This document shows positions 53,944 to 64,000 of a stretch of 64,000 nt of DNA, in pieces. Within the stretch, counting starts at the first letter, position 1; every line of letters starts with the position of its first letter. The notes below the pieces were generated by a model. That model was given only the letters and a program-made list of their open reading frames with translations. It searched no databases and was not told the DNA's origin. The stretch is from Thecamonas trahens ATCC 50062. Its lineage: Eukaryota; Protista; Apusomonadida. The stretch is taken from assembly GCF_000142905.1 (NCBI RefSeq), contig NW_013657666.1, positions 32,752 to 96,751 on the forward strand, written 5' to 3'. The position numbers and the translations under genes were made by a program.

Positions 53944-56900
53944 GCGCGCTGTCGGTGCCCGGGCAAACCACGACCCGCACGCCAAACAGCTGCCACTCGT
54001 CAGCCCGCCCTCCGGCGCCAAACGGCAAGTGGCAGATCGGGGTCGAGTCGCGCGCGCTGTTGAGGAGCGGGACGCGGACGGTGTCATCGTCGTTCTCGCT
54101 CCCGCGCCGCCGTGACTTGCGCTTCGGTCGGATCCACAGGATCGGGAGCGCCGTGAAGGGCTCCTCCGAGTCGACAAGGCACCCGGCTTCGTCGTCAAGT
54201 GTCGCCCCGCGCATAAACAGACCACCCACATACAGACCGCTCTCCGGCGCAGACTCGACAAGATGCGGTGGCATGTCCAGCGCCGAAACCTCGAGCTCCA
54301 GATCGGCCGAGCACCGCGTGCTCGCGCCAGCCCCGCTTGGTCCACGCACCACAAGCATTCGTGCAAACAGCGCCCGCGCCGCGAACACCGAGTCCAGGTA
54401 CACAACCCGCGGAATCCGCTCTGCCGGGGACAGAAGCAGCGGGCCGCGCGCCACTGCGGTGCACCACTCGTCGATCGTGGCCAGTGCCGGTGGAGAGGCT
54501 GCAGACCAGGCACGAGGAACCGCGCCAGCCAGAAGCGCCGTCGCCACATCTTGTGCTGCCGGCGAAAAAGGCCACTCCGAGTCGAGCGCTCTTTGCATCG
54601 CCTGCAAATCGCGAGCCAGAATCGCGTCCAAGCTTGCGTAACGACGGAACTCGGAGAGCGAAAAGGCTGTCAGCGGCTCGCTTGGGTCCGGCTCACGCAC
54701 TCGAACCAGCGGGAGGAGCGCGGCTAGTCGCGACGCGATCGGAACGAGCGCGCGCCGCGCATCGTGGTCAACAAGTAGGTTGTGTCTCACGCGGACCCTC
54801 TCGCGCTCGCTCTTGACCATGAGCCGCAGCTTGGTGGTGAGCGCGTCGCCACGATCTGTGGCTCGGGACGCAGCCGCAGACGGTGGGAGCCGAAGGATCT
54901 CGGGCGTGTCGTGGTGAGGCAGGTTACTAATGACGCCAAAGACCGAGCTGAACCGCGAGAGCAGCGGTACGTCATAGCCGTCGGCAAACCGTCCGCCAGG
55001 CTCCAGCCGCGACTGTTGCAAAAACGTCCGCGTCATGGCCCGCAACACGGTCTCGTCGGCTTCGCTTGACACACGTCCACTGTACACCAACATGGCCACG
55101 TGCGCCGCAGCCTTGGCATTCGACGAGCCGTAAAAGCCTAGCAGCGCCTTCAGCACCCGCTGCGCAAGCTCCAGATCACTCTCGGCAAAGACGCCTTGCA
55201 ACGTATTGGCGGCCATCTGTGTTCGCTCGCGCAAGACGGCGTCAAACATCGTGAACGCGTATACCGATCGCTTCCATGCCTCGGGCACCACCGCGTTCTC
55301 AAACGCTTCTTTGCCCAGCAGGCGAAACGCCTCGTGCATGCGGGCCCTCACTCCGCGGGCGGGTGCCACTTGCGCCTTGACACACAGCCGCGAGATGCCA
55401 AACGGCAGCAGATGGGCAGACTCGGCACCGACCGCCAGCCACAGCCGGAACGTGCTTGCCACCGTCGACATCGCTGCTAGCGCAAGCAGGCGCGACTCAA
55501 GCTCCGCCCACCACTGCGGCACAAATTCGAGGTGGACGAGGACTACCCATCCACCGCTTGCTGCCCTACTGGTAATCGCCGCCTCGGCCGCCGCCAGCGT
55601 CTCGCCTCCGAGGCCGATGATCGTAACGGCCGATGTCAGGATGCCGACCTCGGCCGCCACGTCGGCCACTCGCGTGCTGACGTCGACCCGCGCCCAGCCA
55701 TGACCAACATCGGTACGGTAGGTGAGGTGAACCGGAATGCCGCGTGGAGATCAAAGACCGTCGGCTCTACAAACTCGGGGCCGAGATTGTCCTCCACAAA
55801 GTTGATGCACGCCTGCACCACGCTCTCTGGATGAAGGACCTTGAACAAGAGCAGTGCGTCAATGTCGTCGAGCCGCGACGCCCATCCACCCGGCAGCATT
55901 GCCTCCGCCGGCTCGCGTGCCAGCACAAACTCGGCCCAGCCCGACCCGGGCTCAGCCACTGACTCGAGCAAGCCACGGAACGACGACGGAAGCATCGCCT
56001 CCAGGAACGCCAGCCCAGCCCAAGCCTCGGGTTTGAGCCACTCACTCAGCTTGTAGTCCATGTCCGGTGCCGCTGCGAGCAGCTGTGCCCGTGGCGGGAG
56101 TGGCGCCACAAGCAACTCGAGCTGATCGCGACTCACCTCGCCCTCAACTAGCTGTAGCTGCAGAGCAAGGTGCAGGGCCAGCGGCAGCCGATCGCTCTCG
56201 CAAAGCGTGGTGCAGAGTGAGCAATAGACCTCGTACACCACGTTCTCACGAAACCGAGCGGCAGCAACTCCCGCCGCCGCTCGCGCCGCCGCTGCTGATG
56301 CTGCGCGCGCTGCTGCGCTGCTGCTGCCGAGCGCAAAGCCAAAGCCCGAAGCGTTGAGGTTTGATGCCGAGGTGACCACCTGCATGTGCTTCTGGCGCTG
56401 GGCCCGGATCTTGCCGATCGCAAACCCGCCGCCAGGCGTCCGCGGCACGTCCATTCTCGGCACAGGCAGCGCTTGGCTCCCGGAACCTTGGCTGCTCGAA
56501 AACGATACGCCCAGCGTCGCGCCCGGCGCCTCTGGCCCAAAGCCAACCGTAGAAAGCGAGGTTAGTAGCGCCGTAGTCTTCGGCGCAAGTTCCATCGCCG
56601 ACGTCGTGGCCACGGGGCCGTGGCTCGCCACATGCGGTGTCATTGGGCTCAGGCTTGCCGAAGATATCGACGCTGCCGCCGTTATCGGGTCACTAAACAA
56701 CAGCGCCAGTGATGTGGCAGACTGCAGTACATTTGCCGATGAGGGGGAGGCAAGTAGCGCCTGTCGCTGTACGCGTGTTGCCAGAGCTGGGATGCCCAGT
56801 CGCGACATCGAGGCCGCTGCAGCAACCGTGTCGCCGTTGGCGGCATCGTGGCGGCTGGGTGCGAGGTCGACAGCCGACATGTGCGGGAAGACTGGCGGTC

Positions 56901-59900
56901 GAAAGTCGTTAGTGAAGTCTTGCATCGAGCTCGACGGCGACGACATCGACGCTGACGACTCGGAGCCAACGACTGTCAACGACGGCGGGTCGCACATTTC
57001 CATCAGCGCGTCAGCCATGAACCGGCTCGACGTCCGACGCATACCCCGGCGCTTTGACGCCCGCTCTCGGCCCGCCGCAATTGACCGCCCACTTCCAGCG
57101 GGTGGGGGTGAGCCTCCGCGTGCCACAATGCTCGGGAGAACAGCCAGCCTGTCTTTCCCCATCGTGTCGATGGCGTGCCGTGACATGCTCGCCGGGCCCT
57201 GTGAGTGCTGGCTCGACTCGGTGCTTGACGACGAGTCTGAGCCGGCCGAGTACGGCCGAGCCTCTAGTGACGAGATCGAGTTGGACGCTGCGAGCTGGGC
57301 AATCCGCGACTGCGACCGCGATCGGGACCTTGACCGCGATCGTGACCTCGTCGCGTTGCCCGGAACCTCCAGAGTTGGCGACGACGCCTGTCTCTCGTCT
57401 GACGGCCTGGCCCGCGCAAGGTGTGCCCGAGCTCGGGCCTGGCGCTCTCGCACAGAGGTGGGAACAAGAGGCGACATCGGTGAAAGCGGCGGCGTTCCCG
57501 CAGACGTCGGTGTCGACGCCCGCCACTCTGGCAGCGATCCACTGGATGCCACCGACCGACTCAGCACTGTGGCCGCTGATGACGAGACCGACGATGGCGA
57601 CGACGGCGAGAATGGCGACGACGGAGAAAGCGTCGAGCTTGGTGACGACAATGACTGCAGCGAGAATAGCGACGACGATGAAGACGACGATGATGACGAT
57701 GCATTGGTCCGAGTCAGCGAGAGCTCAAGCAGACCGCGTGAGCCAGAGCCAAGCTGAGACCGGCTTGCAGCCTTGGAGCGCATCTTCCGCAGCCGCTTGG
57801 TCACGCTCGCAGAGGTAGCACGCCGGATTCGGGATGACCGCGAGCCGGCCGACGAGTCCGACATTCCCGATGCCACCGACAACTGCGATCGATGGCTCGT
57901 CATGGTCGGGACGACCGGAGACTGTGGCGAGGGCAAGACGTCTGACCAGTCGAGCGAGGCTACTGACGAGTTGGACATGACCGACCGCTGGCGTTTGTGG
58001 GTGGCCACCATCGGCGCATTGTCCACCGTTAATGTCAGTGAGAGATGCGGGAGTCCTGTCGGGCTTGGTGCGCTCTGACCCGGCACGTGAATGGCGGGTG
58101 CTGTTGCTGACAGTATCGACGTCGGCGAGCGCGGGCTGAGCAGCGCACCCTGTCCTGGGTCGGCGCCGTCAACAAGCACCGCCATGACTGCCCGCTTGTA
58201 GAGATCGACAAAAAAGTCGAGCGAGAACTGGTACATCGGGTTCAGCTGCCGCAGTGAGAGTACAATCGAGTAAAGCAGTGCGCCAAGTTTTGCCGCCGGA
58301 TTGAAGAGCTCGTGGTTGGTGACAAGCGAGGTGTAGAGCTTGCGTGCGTCATCGAGCCCGCTCGAACTCGTCGCCAGCGTCGCCGCCGCCTCTGACACAG
58401 TGTTCAGCAGCTGATCGCTGTTGAGGACAGACTCTAGGTCGGCCGACGACACAGCGCGCAGCTCAGCGAGCGAGGCCTTGTCCAGCTTGGTCTCCTCGAC
58501 CGCCAGCCGCGAGAGCACGTCGACAATCGACGACTCAAGCGCTGGCTGGACAACGCTCACAAGCTCGCCAAGCACAATTCGCTGCGTCGCCGCCGAGCTC
58601 GCGCTAAAATTGACAAGTGTGAGCCATGGCTCCAGGGCAGGCGTCACATCCACCTCGGCTGCAAGGAGAGTCACGTACACCTTGTGCAGCGGGGCGGTGA
58701 AGACCGGTCCGGTGAGCTCCTCCGGATTGAGCAGCCATGAGGTGATGCTCGTCTCATCGAGCTGTCGCTCGCCTTCCACTAGAACAACCAGCCGGACCCG
58801 GGGGTCCAGCTCAAGCTGTGCATCCTCACGTGAGATCTGAGACGGCAGCAGCGCTCCAGCACCATGGATGCGCAGGTACGGCTCGAGTGCTACGGCGACC
58901 TTGCGCTGCCGCTCGCGGCGGGTGTCCCGCGGCGAGACAGTGACAAGCGCATACAAAGCATCGCTCTCGCACAGCACGTGCCGCACAGGAAGCTCGGAAT
59001 CGTCAACAACGAGCTCGGTTAGCGCTGCGTTGAGCTCCAGCGCCCGCGCCCAAACCCTCCGCGACTCATGCGAGTCCGAGTACATAGCCCGGAGCCAGCG
59101 CGCCGCAATGCCTTGTGGGTCGTGACACGCCACAATCGGCGTTGGTGCGTGGAGGACGACCATCGCGTTGGCCTGCGAGTTGGAGTCGGGCAAAAGGCCG
59201 CAATACTTCCACTGGGTGAGTGCAAAGGTAAACGGCGAGTAGAGCGCGGCAGGCATGCCGGCTACGCGTGGCCGAACAAAGATGTGCTTGCTGCGAACAT
59301 CAACATCGGCCTCATCCGTTGGTAAATCCCCCGCACTCGTTTCCTCACTTCCATCGCTGGCGACGACGGCGATGAGCGCGCGCCGCTGCTGGACAGTGAG
59401 TGGCCCAAGCCACGCTGCCCAAAGCCCTGCCAAGAGTCCGTCGTCGAGCGACGCTGGCGCTCTGGAGCGAACTGCATCCCGCAGGCCAAGCCACTCGCCG
59501 GCGCGCTTCTTGAGAGCGGCAAGAAGGTTGGTGCCGCGAGCGGCAGCGGCCGACGTCTCATCGACAGCGTCGGCAACCGAATCGCAGGCCTCGTTCAGCT
59601 GGATGTAAGTGTCGCGGGCAGCATCGACGGCGGAAAACTCGTCCGCGAGTGCAAGCTGCCGCTCGACAACTAGGTCAAGGTCGGCTTGGGTGTCCTTCAT
59701 CGATTTTTGCAGCTTGAACAGCGCCACCGAAGAGACCGAGTACTGCTTGGCAGCACGGAGAACCGCAGCCAGCCAGTTGTGGAGAAGGCAGAGTGTCGGA
59801 CTCGCTCCGTCTGGCAAGCTCTCTGGCAGCAGCTTGGCGAGCTGGCGCACTTTGGATAGCGGGATGCCCGTCGGATCGACGCCGTCAACGGCCGACTTGA

Positions 59901-62900
59901 GCCGATGCGTCTTGTGGAGAACGCCAAGCCCGCCGCGGGTACTGGGGCTCTTGCCAAGGAGGAGACCGACGGCGGCAAGGGTACCGGCCCGGTCTCGGGC
60001 GTGCCGCCGTCAAGGTTGTGCAAGAGTGCGAGCGCCGACGCCGGCTCGTCACGAAGTGCCACCGAAGCGGTCTCGGCCGCCTGGATCTGCGCCGACAGAA
60101 CAGCCTCCTCACGAGCCACTCTCGCCTGCGCCTCGACAAGCGAGTGCTGGAGCTGGCCGGCTTCGCGCGCAAGATGGCGCTCCGAACGCTGTGCCGATGC
60201 CTCGTGGACCAGCAGCTCTGACCGGGCTTTGGCAAGCTTGATCCGGGCTGTGCTGAGCTGGGCAAGAAGTGCCTGCTCGCGGGCCTCGAGCTCTTCGCGC
60301 TGCGCGTCGATAACCGGCAGCGCGTCGAGAACCGTATGCATGGTCTGGAGAAAGCCGGCATGTGAGCCGACCGCGGCGCGAATGTGGGAGCCAAGGCAGG
60401 CTACCAGCCGATGCACCATGCTGAGCGGGAGCGCGCCAGTCGCGGCGCGCGCGAGCGCACCCGTAGCATGGGCAATGCCACATTTAGCGCCGGCTTGGAC
60501 AAGCTCGTGGACCTTGCCCACCACGTGGGCGACGAGGGCATCGAACGATGCGCTCGGGAGACAAACGTCGCGGACCGGGCTGGGGAGCGAACTGTCGAGC
60601 CACTCGAGGTGTGGTACAATAAGATGCTCCACAAGTTGAGTGACCGAGACAGGTGCCACCCCCCGCGCGAGGGCGACAACGGTCGACGAGCCGACCAGTC
60701 CAGGATAGGCTGCCCCAAAGCCAGCAACCTGGCCAGGCTCGTCGTCGGCGACGGCGACAATCACCGTGACTCGCGACCGGATGGTAGCAAAGAGCGCGGC
60801 GGTGAGCTCGTCGCGCGGCACGTCTTCGGGAATAGCGAGTGCCGTCGCAGCCGTCGTCACAAGGCCGCTCACCTCTTCCGCTGAGAAGAGGCCAGCCACG
60901 TTGCCGCCGCAAACAAGCGAGGTCATGGCATGAACCACGTCCGGAACGGCCAGCAGCGACGCGTCGACAAACATGACTACACGTCGCATCTCAACAGCCG
61001 CTTCGGTGCACGCGTCCTTGAGCATGGCAAGAGTGTCGCGAAGATGTGCAGCTTCGCCGCCGACGGCGCTCCGAGGCAGGGCGTGGTAGAACGTCGCGCC
61101 CGAGAGAGCGGCGGCGGCACGCGCGGCGCTCGTCTTGCCGCTGCCTGACGCGCCAGTAAGAACAACATGTGCGTTGTACGGTGCCGCGATGTGGTAGTGG
61201 AGCGCGAGAACGTTGGTCACAAACTCGGTAAACGCAACATGCGGGAGGCGATGGCCAGAGCACCGCGCGAGAACGTGTGCTACCACAGCGTGTGCAAGAT
61301 CTAGGGAGCCCACCAAGACGTTGGCCGGGCGGAGGAGACGGCCTGAGTTTGCGAGTGCAGGTGGCGTGTGTGCATCAAAGGTGTGATGCAAGCGTGGCAT
61401 CGGCAGTGAGTCGGCGGCGGCAGTCCAGGCAGGGGCCAACTTGGAGATGATGGGGGCGGAAGCGTCGGGCCCGGTCACGTCCCAGCGTAGGACGGCGGGC
61501 TCAACGTCGAGGAGTGCGTAGTAGGTACGCTGCTCGAGAGAGTGTATACGGGTACTGCCGAGCGAGAGTGTGCGCAGCATGTGTGCGTCGAGCGGGAGTG
61601 AGAGCTTGGGTGCATCAAAGTTGGCCCGCGCAGCTACCAGTAGGTGACGACGGAAGAGCTCGGGGTGGTTAGACGTAGGGTCGAGCTGGTCCCCAAAGCT
61701 CCGCTGCGCTGCGAGAATCCAGGTCTTGGCCAAAAGATCGGGTGTGGGTGCAGCGAGGGCCACTATGCGGAGAATACCGTTAGCAAGCGCCACCAGGCTT
61801 CGGAGATTGAAATTGTAGTGTGGGTGGACGTGGGCGGCATAGTGGAGCTCATTGCGGGTATAGTTGTACACGTCGAGCGAAGCGGCGACTAGCGCAGGGA
61901 TGCAGCTTTTGAGCGCGTTGAGATCGAGGGTCATGCCAAACGCAGCATCAAAGACCTGCGATAGGAGCGATGAGAGCGAGAGCATCTCGGGCTCGGCAAG
62001 CGCAATGGGCAAGAGGAGCGAAGCGAGCCGCGAGGAGGCACGAGTCGGCAGCTGGGCAGCGCCAATGAACCTCGGCTGGGCCCACTTGCCGACGAGCGAC
62101 CAGTTGCCAAGGAGGGTGTCAGAATCTGCAGAAGCCTCGTCGCGGACAGCGGGCCTGTGGAGCCCGCCAAGAATCAAGAGCTGGCGCAGCAGCTCGTGGC
62201 TGGCACACACGCCGGTGGTGCCTGGCACAGCTGCACCGAGGTCGTCGACAAACAGCAGTTGCGGCGGAGCGGTGGCAGCAAGCATCGGGGCGAGCGCATC
62301 GATGAGTTCAGCGCGCGTCATGTTGCGCAAAAGGCCAATTGAGTGACTGGAGTACGATGACGACGACAGGAGCCAGCGAGCGAGCGCGGACTTTCCGTTG
62401 CCCGACTCGGAGACAATGAGCGTGGGAATGGCGGCGGCAAGCGCGAGATTGGTGACCGTGGCGACCTTAATCGACTCGAGTGTGGGTACAAACGGGACGG
62501 TAAAGATGGACGACGCCTCGGGCGGAGGGATGGCAGCGAGGGAGAGGCCCTCAAGCGGCGCGAGCTCGCCGGAGCTGGCCTCGACAAAGTAGTCAAACAA
62601 GTTAGTCTGTGGCGAGAGGAGGAGAACGTCCTGGAGGCGGGCGTGGGCAATGAGCTCAAAGTCGTCGCAGGCTGGAGCAGGCAGGCCACCGCCGAGCGAC
62701 CAGAGGTAGGCGTAAGCAAAGACAGATGCGACTAGTTGATCCGGGTGCGACTTGCGGCGGACCCGAGGCTGGATCGACTCGAGCGTGGCGCTAAAGAGCC
62801 GGAGCAAGTTGTCGAGCGCGGTCGGCCAGGGGAGGCACAAGCCAAGTTGGGTAGCGGCAACGTAGCCGGCCTCAAAGTGGCTAAGCGCGAGCTCGCGGGC

Positions 62901-64000
62901 GTGCTTGTCACATCCGGATGGGATCATGGCGGCTACGGCGTCAGCGGTGAGCGGAAGATCGATGGTGACAATGGCTAGACGCGAGACAATGGCGGGTGAG
63001 GCATGCACAAGGTCGTGGGCTTCAAAGATAAGCCGCGTCTCCGGCGCAAGCTTAACGCGCTCGCCGGAAGGGAGGCAAGCGTTGGCGTTCTCGTCCATGA
63101 TCGAGTTCATGGCCTCGGCCCACGAGACATCGACCGCACCGTCCAGAACTATCACAGGGCGAATAGGCTTCTCGCTCTGCTGCAGTGTCTTGAGGGCAGA
63201 CGCCAGGGTGCCGGACGACCCGAGGAGAGCGTGTGGGCCAAGCGCGTGTGGGAAGAGCTTGACAACCGCGATAGCAAGGTCGGTGAGTGGCGGCGGGGCG
63301 CGAGTCGGGTTGGATCGGAGTGCAAGGTTGGTGAGGGCGGTGCAGAGCGCAGCAATGGCCGTCGACTTACCCGAGGCCGGTCGCCCGACAACCACTACGC
63401 CGCGGTTGGCAGAGGCGAGCGTGTAGAGGTCGAGCGCGGCACGGGTAGTCGACGGGAGCGGAAGCGCGACAAGACCGCGAAGCGCGGCCGAGAGTGCGGC
63501 TTTGACCTCAATGTAGTGGTGGGTGTTCTCGACGCGGACGGTGCTGAGCGAGCTGCCGGTGTCAAGATGAGCACGGACGCGTGGAAACGCATCCGAGACT
63601 AGGAGGGCAAGAGTCGAGTCGCGGAGCGGCGCCGGGACGAGCGGGCCAAGCGTGGCGAGCGTCGCTTGGGTGATGCGATCCTCGACGTCAAGTGCGGCGT
63701 ACGCGCCGAGTTTGCCAAAGCACGCAGCGAGTCGGGCTATGGCCACAAGGGTCCTCAGCGAGAACGCGTGCGTAGGTGCGGCAGTGAGTACGGCGCCGGC
63801 CGAGTCAAGAAGGCCAGTGAGCCTGCGAGCAAGGTCGCACGCCGGCTTGTCGTCGAGTCCGGCTCGAACAAGCAGAAAGTGGGCGATGGCGACAGTGTCA
63901 GGCAGGGTGAGCGTGATCGGCCGGAGTTGTGAAAGAAGAGCATCGGGCAGTGGGCGCTCGTTCGCAAACGGCGGGTCCATGGTGACGGCGATGGCGGCGG
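53903..64000 (-). CDS. Divergent dynein heavy chain-like protein (end of AAA1 to the C-terminus; 5' part outside the window; frameshifts at ~59990 and ~55690)
   Basis: LPDALLSQLRPI, GRPASGKST, VLDGAVDVSWAEAMNSIMDEN...LPSGERVKL, SPAIVSR, FVDDL, HYNFNLRSL, LTGASGSGKT, TLVNFS, MYQFSLDFF, LGPEFVEP, FRLWL, YSGRVS and GLYVGGLFMRGA. Confidence 0.88.

Noticed and set aside
1-64000. tRNA, rRNA or transposase/reverse-transcriptase genes
   Set aside because: None recognised by eye; a covariance-model scan was not possible.

Overview
GC-rich, gene-dense, intron-poor eukaryotic DNA from a flagellated unicellular protist. The combination of STAT, CCDC40, a dynein heavy chain, the GC bias and C/CA-rich intergenic tracts suggests an apusomonad such as Thecamonas; this is inference only. 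It is a draft assembly with five N gaps and many single-base frameshifts, mostly in homopolymer runs. Sixteen genes are supported: a dNK-like kinase, a low-complexity protein, CCDC40, FAN1, an amidohydrolase, a two-exon STAT5-like factor, a LIM/coiled-coil/myosin-TH1 protein, a K+ channel, CCDC47 (partial), a claudin-like tetraspan protein, MnmE/GTPBP3, a Cys-rich type I membrane protein, a giant kinase with a DUF294-like domain, an ankyrin protein, a ~5,000-aa DUF3638/DUF3645 protein and a divergent dynein heavy chain (partial). The most unusual items are: (1) a K+ channel with four pore loops in one chain and an apparently circularly permuted C2 domain; (2) the ~5,000-aa protein combining a putative His-Asn-Gln-Cys protease, a helicase-like ATPase, UBA-like, RanBP2-ZnF, EF-hand and SPRY modules; (3) a non-RD kinase fused to a degenerate nucleotidyltransferase; (4) a perfect 72-bp palindrome; (5) a STAT with an animal-type N-domain on an exon separate from the main ORF. 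All family assignments come from motif recognition by eye, not from database searches.
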